Source: an uncultured bacterium (GTDB lineage: Bacteria; Oederibacteriota; PGYV01; CAWJRG01). From it: 64,000 bases of DNA. Each line of letters opens with the position of its first letter. The first letter of the stretch is position 1. Both the position numbers and the translations under genes were made by a program. Shown piece by piece: positions 1-9,409 of the stretch. The notes beneath the pieces were generated by a model that saw only the letters and a program-made list of their open reading frames with translations, was not told the origin of the DNA and did no database searches. The DNA is taken from NCBI GenBank assembly GCA_963845185.1, contig CAWJRG010000010.1, positions 160,001 to 224,000 on the forward strand. Reading direction: 5' to 3'.

Positions 1-531
1 GCCGCCGAGTACTACCTGGGAAACTCCGGATATGGTAGTGAACTTGTCGACTATATGGTTATTGGTGTATTCCATTATAAAATTCCTGTCCATATCGCCT
101 GTCACGGCGAGCCATACTATTGGCATGGAATCAGGGTTGCTTTTTGATATTACCGGAGGGTATATGTCATGGGGCAGAAATCTCTGCGCCTGGGATAATT
201 TGCTTTGAACTTCAAGCATTGAGACATCCACGTTCTTGCTCAGGTCAAAGTAAACGGTCACGCTGGAATTTCCCCTGGTAGAAGACGAGGTCATTTCTAT
301 AACACCCTCAACACCCATCACCGCTGCCTCTATAGGATCTGTTACGCTGGTTTCAATTACGTCGGGAGCAGCTCCGGGCCAGTCAGTAGATATGGTCAAT
401 ACAGGAAAATCCACATCAGGCAAATTGCTTATTCCAAGCCCGGCATATGATATGCATCCGAACACAACAAGACCTATAAGCAGCATCCATGCAAGTACCG
501 GATTTTTTATAGTTAAGTCTGATAATGTCAT
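1..531 (-). CDS. RND efflux transporter permease subunit (AcrB/AcrD/AcrF family), N-terminal part, runs off the window
   Basis: Manual translation from ATG at 531 (RBS-like AGGGAAGG upstream): MTLSDLTIKNPVLAWMLLIGLVVFG...LPDVDFPVLTISTDWPGAAPDVIETSVTDPIE..., the typical AcrB-family N-terminus. Not in the ORF track because it has no stop in the window. Confidence 0.93.
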   Translation of the reverse strand, partial: MTLSDLTIKNPVLAWMLLIGLVVFGCISYAGLGISNLPDVDFPVLTISTDWPGAAPDVIETSVTDPIEAAVMGVEGVIEMTSSSTRGNSSVTVYFDLSKNVDVSMLEVQSKLSQAQRFLPHDIYPPVISKSNPDSMPIVWLAVTGDMDRNFIMEYTNNHIVDKFTTISGVSQVVLGG

Positions 532-577
532 TATTTGTTACCTTCCCTTTCTTCGCTTTAATAATTCAGCTGATATT

Positions 578-697
578 GTGGAGCCCCTCCGCCTTACAGG
601 CGGAGCACCTTTAAAAAATTTTCTAATATGCTCCCTCCCCGGAGCGCCATCATATCCTGCCTTTACGAAGGATGGGTTTTCCGCGCAGCGGGATTAA
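578..697. mobile_element. Non-autonomous palindromic element resembling joined IS200/IS605-type ends (PATE/MITE-like), copy 1
   Basis: GTGGAGCCCCTCCGCCTTACAGGCGGAGC hairpin ... GCGCCATCATATCC...CGAAGG...GCGGGATTAA. A homologous copy lies at 38726-39007. The IS200/IS605 resemblance is from recalled end motifs, not a search. Confidence 0.6.
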
Positions 698-762
698 GAA
701 AAATTTTATTTTTTCTCAAGTTTTTCCCGGTATCGGGTTTTATCCTGACATTTACCATGTCA

Positions 763-807
763 CGCCTCGCCGGGTTTGTTGGCCGCGACTATTTTCTTTT
801 AAATTTT
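763..807 (-). pseudogene. Decayed remnant of a DUF2934-like gene (paralog of 2138-2305)
   Basis: Reads KI*KKIVAANKPGEA against EIYKKRIASNKPGDA. About 33/45 nt identical by eye, with mismatches mostly at third codon positions. Confidence 0.45.
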
Positions 808-957
808 GACAGTCGGGTAATTGCATATTTAGACGAATTATATATGTCAATCGTTCCGGTTATTAAGGTTCAAATTAACTGAACTACATTTGTAATAAAA
901 TACACTATACATGGGGTAAAATCAAGAAAATTCATATTGCCATTTTCCGGGCTGCCC

Positions 958-1143
958 TTACTTACGCTCAGATAATGGTATGCCGCCCACTCCTATACTG
1001 TCGTGGTCATACTCATTAATATATACCACAAATGATTCCGCGGGAATATTGGTTATTTCAAACATTGTCTGCGTTAATTTTTCGATTATCTCCTTTTTCT
1101 TTTCCTTCGTTCTATGTGTAATTTCCACTTTAATAACCGGCAT
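958..1143 (-). CDS. 4-oxalocrotonate tautomerase family protein
   Basis: M-P-VIKVEI...KKKEIIEKLTQ...VYINEY...IGVGG. An ATG start at 1143 with GGAGG RBS gives the catalytic Pro-1. Confidence 0.9.
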   Translation of the reverse strand: MPVIKVEITHRTKEKKKEIIEKLTQTMFEITNIPAESFVVYINEYDHDSIGVGGIPLSERK

Positions 1144-1198
1144 AAACACACCTCCTTATTTTTAGTTTGACTCCCTGTTTTTAATATAAGAATTTAAA

Positions 1199-2098
1199 TT
1201 ATTGTATGCCCAGTTCTTTCATCCTTATAGCGCAGTTGCGCTGGGTCTTCCTGTCCTGGAAATAATTTATGTCATGCCTGGGTTCAGCGTTAATGACGTC
1301 TTTGTAATACGCTATAGCTTTGTCTTTTTCACCGAGCGAATAAAGGGTTTCGGCCAGGAAAAACTTTACGAGCGGTGAATCAGGGTTGGATTTGAGCGTT
1401 TCTTCAAGGTATTGCCTGGACAGGTTCTTATCAGGCCACCCTATCAAAAACGGGATATTCGGCGCAAGAAAGTTGAGCCTGCCGAGTGCACCCGCGGCGC
1501 TGTAATTCTCAAAACTCCTGTCTTCTTTGTAAATTCTTTCGCAAAGTTCGTGTATCCTGTTGACGGTCCCAATCACCTGAAAAATTATATAATACTGTGC
1601 ATTCAATATCAGCAGGAGAGCTATGTCGTAATCTGCATAAACCGAGTTATTTTCGCCGGGATGAAGCTGCTCCAGCAGGGCAAGCGTATCCGAGTAAACT
1701 TTTTGTTTGTCGCTTTCCAGTTCCCCGTCGGGTATTATGAGGTTGTACTTTAACTGAATTGCCAAGCAGTATTTATGCACAAGAGCGTCATTGCTTTTAT
1801 TAAGATCAACGGCTTTTTTATAATAATCAATTGCGCTGCCTGCCAGTTCCAGCGCAACTTTAGGGTCTGTGGTTCCGGCCAGCTGGTTATATATCATGTC
1901 TGCCTGTTTTTCATATTCAAGGGATTGAGCTTTGGCGGCAGAATCCGCAGAAATTACAGTGTTGGAAACGGGAGACGCAGACGTTACAGGCGTCGCCAGT
2001 GCTTGCTCCTGTGTATACGCTGTTGTGGTTGCAGCAAACAGGCTATGACCTATTAACGAAAAGCATGCAACCATATACAATGTGTATTTTAATTTCAT
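1199..2098 (-). CDS. Secreted tetratricopeptide-repeat protein
   Basis: Signal peptide (..SLFA) and helical repeats such as FFLAETLYSLGEKDKAIAYYKDVI. Confidence 0.7.
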   Translation of the reverse strand: MKLKYTLYMVACFSLIGHSLFAATTTAYTQEQALATPVTSASPVSNTVISADSAAKAQSLEYEKQADMIYNQLAGTTDPKVALELAGSAIDYYKKAVDLNKSNDALVHKYCLAIQLKYNLIIPDGELESDKQKVYSDTLALLEQLHPGENNSVYADYDIALLLILNAQYYIIFQVIGTVNRIHELCERIYKEDRSFENYSAAGALGRLNFLAPNIPFLIGWPDKNLSRQYLEETLKSNPDSPLVKFFLAETLYSLGEKDKAIAYYKDVINAEPRHDINYFQDRKTQRNCAIRMKELGIQ

Positions 2099-2137
2099 GC
2101 AAACCTCTGCGAATGCTTTGCTTTATGGGTTCCCTGC

Positions 2138-2305
2138 TTACAGCCCGTATTTTTTCTTTATGTCTTTCTCTGCCTGCAGCCAGTCGGACAGAGCGTCGCC
2201 CGGCTTGTTTGACGCTATTCTTTTCTTGTAGATTTCACCGGCTAGCTTGCGGATTTCGTCCTGAAACGCTTCTAAACTTGGTTTCTTTTTTGGTTCTTGA
2301 GCCAT
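2138..2305 (-). CDS. DUF2934-like small protein (55 aa, below the ORF-track cutoff)
   Basis: Manual translation MAQEPKKKPSLEAFQDEIRKLAGEIYKKRIASNKPGDALSDWLQAEKDIKKKYGL, with EIR..A..IY..R...G.AL.DWL.AE motif and GAAGGTGA RBS. Confidence 0.8.
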   Translation of the reverse strand: MAQEPKKKPSLEAFQDEIRKLAGEIYKKRIASNKPGDALSDWLQAEKDIKKKYGL

Positions 2306-2409
2306 TTTCTTCACCTTCTTTGTTTAATTTTTTACACTCTTAATTTTAATCCTTTCCCATTACAAGCGCAATCTTAAAATCAGCCCTATTTTTAGCAAGC
2401 GCCAAATTT

Positions 2410-3051
2410 TCAGTATTGTTTTAAATTTACTTTTCTCATGCCCCTTACTGAATTGCATATATATATTTCATCAGCCGAATATAAGTCTTTTTTATAAAGG
2501 AGTTTTTCTTTGTATATGCCCGGATTTCTATCTATCAGGTAATTCCTGTAAGTGCCTGGCAATAGCCCGCACGAAACCGGCGGAGTGTAGAAATATTCGC
2601 CTTTTTTTATAAAAATATTCGAACTGTGCGCTTCGGTTAATTGATTTTTTTTGTTGAAAAAAATTACGTCATAAAACCCTTTTTTTGTGTATTTTTTATA
2701 TTCGCTGTCGTAAAATCCCCGGTTTGTGGTCTTATGCCTTAAAAAAACATTACTTGAAACTGTTTTCTTCGATGAAATACCTATCAGCCTGTTTTCTTTC
2801 GGGGCATGTTTGATTATAGAATCTTTTATTTTTGCTTTTCCCTTAAAATCTAAAATCATTTTTACTTTATAGGATTTATCTTTTTTTAAACCTTCCGAAT
2901 ATTTTTTCAGCGTCTTTGTTATTTTACCGGTTTCATGTTCGAACCCGAAAAAATTCATGGATTTTTTTAAACGTTTGATATGCCTTGACAGCAAAAAATA
3001 TTTCCCGTTCTTATACAGTATGGACTCAACAAGCCCGAAACCTTTAACCAT
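2410..3051 (-). CDS. Aminotransferase class IV / aminodeoxychorismate lyase (PabC-like)
   Basis: HIKRL, RHKTTNR (PLP lysine), LTEAHSSNIF, TPP...GLLPGTYR and CNSVRG motifs. Confidence 0.85.
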   Translation of the reverse strand: MVKGFGLVESILYKNGKYFLLSRHIKRLKKSMNFFGFEHETGKITKTLKKYSEGLKKDKSYKVKMILDFKGKAKIKDSIIKHAPKENRLIGISSKKTVSSNVFLRHKTTNRGFYDSEYKKYTKKGFYDVIFFNKKNQLTEAHSSNIFIKKGEYFYTPPVSCGLLPGTYRNYLIDRNPGIYKEKLLYKKDLYSADEIYICNSVRGMRKVNLKQY

Positions 3052-3104
3052 ACTTTTAAAACTCCTTTATGCCTGTGCATACATATGCAGTTCAGCCGAT
3101 CTTC

Positions 3105-4238
3105 TTATTTATACATCTTGTCAAAATATTGCTGGGCTTTTACCACGGCGTGGCGCATTATGTCCTCTGCCTTTGCTGTTTCCCTGAGTTCAAGATGCGT
3201 TGCAAGCCTTTTATAATCTATTTCCTTCGCTGCTTTTTCGCAGGCATCCCAGCTTAAAATGCTCCTTATCACCCTGTCTATTGCCTGGTCCTCGTTGTCA
3301 TATGCGCGCGGCTGCATGTCATGGCCCTTCCAGCGCGAATATTTTGCCTGCTGGATAAGTCCTGCCACGGCTATGTTCATACCATTTATCCTTACACCGT
3401 TGTCTATATCGAATTTTCCCGGCCCGCCAAGCAGAATACCGTCGTTATAACCCTGGCTGTTTACGTGCATGTGCACGGTCATGTTGTTGTCCAGTTCCTC
3501 AACCGTATCGTAAACAAGGTCAAGTCCAATCATCTCAGAATGCCCGAACTCCTTGTTGATACCTTTTTTTTCTATATTGATGCCAAACTCTTCAGCAAGT
3601 TTTTTCCAGAATACTATGGCACTTGCCACGGTTGGCAAAAGCATTGCCGGGTGCCCCTCGTTTGGCTTTGGCTCTATTGCCATATAAAGTTTGCCGCCGA
3701 GCTTTTCCTCAATCTTACAAAGAGCAGCTACGCCTCTTTTTAAATTCCTGTACATGTCGCTGATTCCCACGGTCGCGACATCGTAGCCGAATGAGCCGTT
3801 CCATAATATAAATGAAGGCGCTTTTTTCGGGTCCTTGTGCCATGCTTTCCTTAAAGGGCCGTATGCCAGCTCCAGCGCCCTTTTTCCGTACTCGTTTGCT
3901 TCATCCCTTTCTTTTGGGTCCTGTGATGCTATTCCGCCGTACGCAAAATGTTTGTGCGCGCCGGGCGTTGCCATGGCAAGCGGGATTTTCGCATCAACAA
4001 GTGCGTCTGCTATCTCAGCAGCTGTACCTTCGTCATATTCGTAATCGTAATGCGCCTCCAAACCGACTTCGATGTTTTTCGGAAGCCGCGGTATTATTTT
4101 CCCCTTTATTATCTTGATAATGCCCACTGTATTGAGCAAATCTCCTGCCCATCCCGGCCTTTCATCGTCCGGCGTGAATCCGCCTTTGCCTGCGTTGAAA
4201 GTCCACCTGCAAATACTGTGCAATGATTTCTCTTCCAT
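3105..4238 (-). CDS. xylA: Xylose isomerase (divergent)
   Basis: WTF, EPKPNEG, EFGH.EM.G and metal-binding Asp motifs. Directly downstream of xylulokinase. Confidence 0.8.
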   Translation of the reverse strand: MEEKSLHSICRWTFNAGKGGFTPDDERPGWAGDLLNTVGIIKIIKGKIIPRLPKNIEVGLEAHYDYEYDEGTAAEIADALVDAKIPLAMATPGAHKHFAYGGIASQDPKERDEANEYGKRALELAYGPLRKAWHKDPKKAPSFILWNGSFGYDVATVGISDMYRNLKRGVAALCKIEEKLGGKLYMAIEPKPNEGHPAMLLPTVASAIVFWKKLAEEFGINIEKKGINKEFGHSEMIGLDLVYDTVEELDNNMTVHMHVNSQGYNDGILLGGPGKFDIDNGVRINGMNIAVAGLIQQAKYSRWKGHDMQPRAYDNEDQAIDRVIRSILSWDACEKAAKEIDYKRLATHLELRETAKAEDIMRHAVVKAQQYFDKMYK

Positions 4239-4283
4239 AATTTTCCTCCTTGTTTTAATAATTTACAATTTTCAATTGATAAT

Positions 4284-5780
4284 TTACTTTTTATCTAATT
4301 CTTTCTCAAGTATCTTTTTCCATTTTTCATATACTTCTTTATATACGCTTTTTAATTTTGCCGTTGGCTCGACCGTGGTTATCTTTTTCAGCCCTACAAA
4401 TGCTTCTTTATAATTTTTATATACGCCCGCGCCCAGGCCAGCGCCTCTTGCCGCGCCGCCTGAGCCGTCGGTCTCGTATAACTCCAGTACACTGCCGGTT
4501 GTATTTACAAAAATCTCCCTGAATACCGGCGATAAAAACATATTGGCATAGCCCGCCCTTATTTTCTTTATCTTCATGCCCATTTCCTTCATTACTTCAA
4601 AACCATAATTTAGCGCGAAAACTATGCCCTCCTGCCCGGCCCGGAAAACATGGCGCCTCTTATGCATGTTGAAATTCAGGCCATGAATGGAAGCTCCTAT
4701 GTTCCTGTTCTGCAAAGTACGCTCAGCGCCGTTGCCGAAAGGCAGTACGATTACACCCCCGCTTCCAGGCGGAATTATGGATGCCTTCTTATTCATTACC
4801 TCATAACTCATACCGTCTGTGGTATTCCGCCTCAGCCAGCTGTTCAATATGCCTGTGCCATTTATGCATACCATGATCCCGTTCCTCTTTTGCTTTTCAG
4901 TATTGCTTACATGCACAAATGTGTTCACCCTGCAGCATCCGGGATCGTATAAATCCTTGTCCGTTATGCCGAAAATGACGCCTGACGTGCCTGCCGTGGC
5001 GGCAACCTCGCCCGGGTTTATTACGTTCAGGGAAAACGCGTTGTTCGGCTGGTCGCCTGCCCTGTATGAAATCTTGATTCCGGGCCGTAGGCCCAGTTCT
5101 TTTGCAGCGTTGCTTGTCATTTCCCCCTGTATTGAAAATGTGGGCAAGACATCCGGTATTAATTCTTCTTTTATTTGCATGGCACGCAGCACGTCCCACG
5201 ATACACTTTTCTTTTTGTAATCCCAGAGTATTTCCTCTGCAAGTCCCGGCACGGTTGTCGTGATTTTGTCAGTCATTTTCATGGCTATATACTCGCCCGG
5301 CAGCATGAATTTGTATATTTTTTTATAAACGCTAGGCTCGTTTTCCATTACCCAGCGCAGCTTGGAAGCAGTGAAATTGCCCGGGTAATTAAGCAAATGC
5401 TCCATGCATTTTTTTCTGCCTATTTTTTCCGCTACCTTTTCTCCCTGGCCTACCGCCCTGCTGTCGCACCATATTATGGAAGGCCTGAGCAATTTTTTAT
5501 TTTTATCCACGAGCACGAGCCCGTGCATCTGGTATGATATGCCAATCGCGATTATGTCATCAGGCTTGATTTTCGATTTTGATTTAATCTCGGCAACTGC
5601 GAACTTTAAGTTATCCCACCAGGCCTGCGGCTCCTGCTCTGCCCAACCCGGTTTCTTTGCTATCATGCCCATTTCCTGTTTTGGCGAGGCCGCAGTCGCG
5701 ATGGTTTTGCCTGTCTCAGCGTCAATCAAAGACGCCTTTATAGCCGAGCTGCCTATGTCAAAGCCGAGTAAATAACTCAT
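4284..5780 (-). CDS. xylB: Xylulokinase (FGGY family)
   Basis: LLGFDIGSS, GWAEQ.P..WW, SYQMHG, IIWCDSR, GDQ and GTSG motifs. Confidence 0.9.
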   Translation of the reverse strand: MSYLLGFDIGSSAIKASLIDAETGKTIATAASPKQEMGMIAKKPGWAEQEPQAWWDNLKFAVAEIKSKSKIKPDDIIAIGISYQMHGLVLVDKNKKLLRPSIIWCDSRAVGQGEKVAEKIGRKKCMEHLLNYPGNFTASKLRWVMENEPSVYKKIYKFMLPGEYIAMKMTDKITTTVPGLAEEILWDYKKKSVSWDVLRAMQIKEELIPDVLPTFSIQGEMTSNAAKELGLRPGIKISYRAGDQPNNAFSLNVINPGEVAATAGTSGVIFGITDKDLYDPGCCRVNTFVHVSNTEKQKRNGIMVCINGTGILNSWLRRNTTDGMSYEVMNKKASIIPPGSGGVIVLPFGNGAERTLQNRNIGASIHGLNFNMHKRRHVFRAGQEGIVFALNYGFEVMKEMGMKIKKIRAGYANMFLSPVFREIFVNTTGSVLELYETDGSGGAARGAGLGAGVYKNYKEAFVGLKKITTVEPTAKLKSVYKEVYEKWKKILEKELDKK

Positions 5781-5833
5781 GCCTGCCTCCGATATTAGAG
5801 TTTTATTGAAGAAAATTGCATCATTGAAATAAA

Positions 5834-5861
5834 ATTATACTATATTTTTGATTTAAAACAA
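5834..5861 (-). promoter_or_regulatory. Candidate sigma70 promoter for xylBA
   Basis: TTGTTT-16 nt-TATAAT on the minus strand upstream of 5780. Confidence 0.4.
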
Positions 5862-5956
5862 TAAATTTAATAAAATTCGATGACCCATTTAATTACTTGA
5901 AAGGATTTATTAATCGGCGGACTATATGCTATATTATCTTTCTTTAAAAAATTAAT

Positions 5957-5991
5957 AAAAAAGCCTGAAGGATATACCCTTCAGGCTTTTT
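5957..5991. terminator. Rho-independent terminator after the NHL gene (bidirectional shape)
   Basis: AAAAAAGCCTGAAGG-ATATAC-CCTTCAGGCTTTTT. Confidence 0.8.
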
Positions 5992-6011
5992 AATATAAAA
6001 TGGCTTGGTTT

Positions 6012-7133
6012 TTATGGCCCGAACTTTTCTATTCTGGAGTTGCTGAAATCCACAACATACACAAATCCGCTGCTATCCGCAGCTATTCCAATTGGCCCGT
6101 TAAACTGCCCGTTGCCGCTGCCCGAGCTTCCCCATGCTGTAATAAATGCACCTGACGAAGTGAATTCTTGCACCCTATTATTCGCGGTATCGGTCACATA
6201 TACATTGCCTTTGTTGTCTGTAGCTATTCCTGTAGGGCCTTCAAATTGCCCGAAGGCTGTACCGGCTATACCCCAGGCCGTGATAAACGTGCCTGTTGAC
6301 GTGAATTCCTGTATCCTGTTATTATTCTGGTCCACCACATACACATTATTGCTGCTGTTTATTGCAATTCCCCACGGCCAATTAAACTGCCCGTTTCCGC
6401 TGCCTGAGCCTCCCCATCGTGCCAGCGCATTTCCATTTGAATCGAATTCTTGTACCCAGTTTGCACTGCTGCCGTTTTGTGTTACATATACATTTCCCAG
6501 GCTGTCAACCGCCACGCCGTTTCCGGCTCCTGTCCATGATGTAATAAATACCCCCGAAGAAGTAAATTTCTCTATCAAATTTGCGTCATAATCCGAGATA
6601 TAAATATTTCCGCTGCTTTTATCTATGGCTATAGCATGCGGGTAGTCAAACTGTCCGGCACCGGTCCCGGGGCTGCCCCATGTAGCCAAAAACGCACCCA
6701 ATGATGTAAATTCCTGCACCCTCTGGTTTCCTGTATCCACGACATACAGATTGCCGCCGGCGTCTACGGCTATATCTGTAGGAAGATAAAATTGCCCGCC
6801 GCTGCACGCGCCTATATTGCAATCGCCGTAAGTACCCCACTGCATCACATAAGGAAGCGCATAGGTTGCAACGACTGTTGCAGTCATGGTTGCTATTACC
6901 TGTGCTGTTTGTGTTTCTATTGCTATTGCTGTGCGTGTAGCAGCTGGCGGAGTAGGTGAAGGAAGGATATAACCGCCGATAATATGAATAGGGCCAATTA
7001 GAATTACAGGTGTGCTTGTCAAAGTAGGAGCCGGTGCATTTACGATTATGGCAGAAGGCGATGCCCTGTTGCAGGATAATATAAATATAAAGGTCATAAT
7101 TACAAGGGTGGCAAAAACTGTATATTTTTTCAT
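6012..7133 (-). CDS. NHL-repeat six-bladed beta-propeller lipoprotein
   Basis: Lipobox-like ILSC, Thr/Pro tract, repeated GQF..P.GIA.D..GNVYV.D..NNR.Q.F. Confidence 0.9.
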   Translation of the reverse strand: MKKYTVFATLVIMTFIFILSCNRASPSAIIVNAPAPTLTSTPVILIGPIHIIGGYILPSPTPPAATRTAIAIETQTAQVIATMTATVVATYALPYVMQWGTYGDCNIGACSGGQFYLPTDIAVDAGGNLYVVDTGNQRVQEFTSLGAFLATWGSPGTGAGQFDYPHAIAIDKSSGNIYISDYDANLIEKFTSSGVFITSWTGAGNGVAVDSLGNVYVTQNGSSANWVQEFDSNGNALARWGGSGSGNGQFNWPWGIAINSSNNVYVVDQNNNRIQEFTSTGTFITAWGIAGTAFGQFEGPTGIATDNKGNVYVTDTANNRVQEFTSSGAFITAWGSSGSGNGQFNGPIGIAADSSGFVYVVDFSNSRIEKFGP

Positions 7134-7288
7134 TATTTAAACCTCCGTATTGCCTTTAATTATTAGACAGTTTATTTGCTAAAAAGTTGCATATAATTTT
7201 CATAATAATATAATTATGATCAATATCTTAACTCTGCCGGCTGTTGACTTTACGTGCGGTTTCTTCTATAAGAACAGTCAATGCCGTG

Positions 7289-8506
7289 TTAATTGAAACC
7301 CATTAGTCTTAATATATTTTCAATTCTCTCATATATTTCCATGCATGCCCTGACAGTATGGTACGGACATTTCCATGGGCCTGCCAGGTCCCGCTTTTTG
7401 TCCGGATTGCCGTTTTCATCCAGGTTGGAATACCACTCTCCGCCTTGCCGCATAAACTTCCTTTTGCAGTATTCCCATATTGACAGTGACTTTTCGATAA
7501 AAATTTCTTTGCCTGTAATTTCATAAGCGTTAAAAAAGCCAACCATGGCTTCTACCTGCATCCACCATTCTTTGCCTTTATGAATATGCCCATCTGCGTC
7601 TTTTTCGCTCAGGAGCCCGCCATCAGCGTCTATGCCCTCGCGCAGAATAACATCAGCCATTTCCATCGCTGCCGAAGAAACTCTTTTTATAATGTCCTGC
7701 TTGCCTGTGACTTTCGCCGCTTCTGTCAGCAGCCAGCTTCCCTCTATGTCATGGCCAAAGGATATTTTTCCCGACACTTCGTTCCAGTCCATGTCGAAAA
7801 ACAGCCCGAAATGCCTGTCTTTTAGAATAATTTTTGAAAGGAATACTTCCACGAGGTTTTCCAGCGACTCTTTCACTTTACTGTCGCCGTAATACCCTGC
7901 AAGAGTGGAAAAAGCTTCCATAACATGAAGGTTTGTGTTCATTGTCTTTGGTGTATTCATATCCCTGCTTGAAAGCCTGGTATCCTTTATCTCTTCCCAT
8001 TTGCTTCCGAGCGCGTCTATATACCCGCCTTTTTCTTTGTCTCTGCCATATTTTTCAACCAGCTCGAATAGTTCATTTGCCGCGGCCAGTGCGTTGCTGT
8101 CACCCGTGGCTTTTGCGAACTCCGCAAAACCATATATGGCAAAAGCCTGCCCGTAGAATTTCTTTGAGCTGTCCACCGGCTTGCCCTTGTGGTCAAGGAT
8201 CCAAAAAACGCCTCCGTTCTTTTTATCCACAAAATGTTCAGTGATATATTTATACATTATTTCCGCTGTCTTTAAATATTGCCCGTCTTTCAGTTTCATA
8301 TATGCCCGTGAAAAAGTCCACAAAATGCGCGTTGCCATGATTACGCCTTTGTCTGCCCCTGGTTTTACTTTGCCATTTCCACCAACAGCTCCAAAAAATC
8401 CGCCATCGTCATAGTCAATGACGTTCTTCATCCAGAACTCAAGTATATCTTCCTTTAGTTCCTTCAGTAATTCTTCTTTGTATTTTTCAAGTTTTGCTTT
8501 CTCCAT
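7289..8506 (-). CDS. Cellobiose 2-epimerase (AGE family)
   Basis: RILWTFS, MNTNLHVMEA, SFGHDIEGSWLL, WWMQVE and WKCPYH motifs. Confidence 0.88.
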   Translation of the reverse strand: MEKAKLEKYKEELLKELKEDILEFWMKNVIDYDDGGFFGAVGGNGKVKPGADKGVIMATRILWTFSRAYMKLKDGQYLKTAEIMYKYITEHFVDKKNGGVFWILDHKGKPVDSSKKFYGQAFAIYGFAEFAKATGDSNALAAANELFELVEKYGRDKEKGGYIDALGSKWEEIKDTRLSSRDMNTPKTMNTNLHVMEAFSTLAGYYGDSKVKESLENLVEVFLSKIILKDRHFGLFFDMDWNEVSGKISFGHDIEGSWLLTEAAKVTGKQDIIKRVSSAAMEMADVILREGIDADGGLLSEKDADGHIHKGKEWWMQVEAMVGFFNAYEITGKEIFIEKSLSIWEYCKRKFMRQGGEWYSNLDENGNPDKKRDLAGPWKCPYHTVRACMEIYERIENILRLMGFN

Positions 8507-8533
8507 AATAAAATCACCCTTTTATCTAATTTA

Positions 8534-9337
8534 TTACTTTACTTCCACCCTTATTTCTTCATATTCGGCATGCTTCTGGAAACCTATTTTTTCATACGCT
8601 TTGATTGCAGGGATGTTGTCTGCCCTCACGTTTAATCCAATAAGTTTAACCTCATCATCCCATATATCCCTGCAAAGGCTTGCTGTAACTGACGTGGCAT
8701 AACCTTTTCCCCTGTGTTTCTCTGCAGTGGCAACATTTCCTATCACCGCTATGCCGAATTCTTTTGTGTATAAATGCACTCCTGCCATTGATAGTATTTC
8801 ATTGTTTTTCCGTATACAAAAGTATTTTTCGCTGTTCAGCATTGCGTTATTAAAAAACGCATCTGGGTTGACTGATTTTAAAAATCCATTGATACCCTCG
8901 AAATCATTTTTATTGATACGGAAAGTATATTCCGGGTATTTTATATGCATGTCGGCAAGAATGTCTCCTGCCAGCTTCATTTTAATAAAATCGAACCGCG
9001 TCCCGAAATAATATCTTTGCTTTAAAATGTCGCTTATGCTTTTTGAAACATGGCAATACATTTTTATTGGGAGTTTCGGCAGCAGTTCCCGTGCCATTTG
9101 CCTTGCCGCTTCAGTGTTTTTATTTTCCAGTAGGAAAAATATCGGGTCTTTGCTTCCGTAAAGGTTCCCGTAAAGCATGGCTATCGATAATATCTTCCCT
9201 GATTCGGTTGCCGCATGCCAGTTTATATGCTTAAATAATTGTTCCTGCAAGTCGCCTATTTCGTACAAATGCAGGTACGGGTCCTCAAGCAAGAATTTGT
9301 GGATTTTGCCCTTGTCTTTTGTTTCAATTATTTCCAT
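8534..9337 (-). CDS. GNAT family N-acetyltransferase
   Basis: IGNVAT..HRGKGYA and N.PAIKAYEKIGF motifs. Confidence 0.88.
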   Translation of the reverse strand: MEIIETKDKGKIHKFLLEDPYLHLYEIGDLQEQLFKHINWHAATESGKILSIAMLYGNLYGSKDPIFFLLENKNTEAARQMARELLPKLPIKMYCHVSKSISDILKQRYYFGTRFDFIKMKLAGDILADMHIKYPEYTFRINKNDFEGINGFLKSVNPDAFFNNAMLNSEKYFCIRKNNEILSMAGVHLYTKEFGIAVIGNVATAEKHRGKGYATSVTASLCRDIWDDEVKLIGLNVRADNIPAIKAYEKIGFQKHAEYEEIRVEVK

Positions 9338-9409
9338 TTATACTTCCATATTTAGGGCTTTATCGATAGTAACCTTGCAGACAATCTATTCCGGCAACAA
9401 TTTATTATC

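Noticed and set aside
7236..7287. Imperfect stem (TTGACT...AGTCAA) upstream of the NHL gene as a riboswitch
   Set aside because: No recognisable riboswitch consensus; it may be a weak terminator. An Rfam scan is needed.
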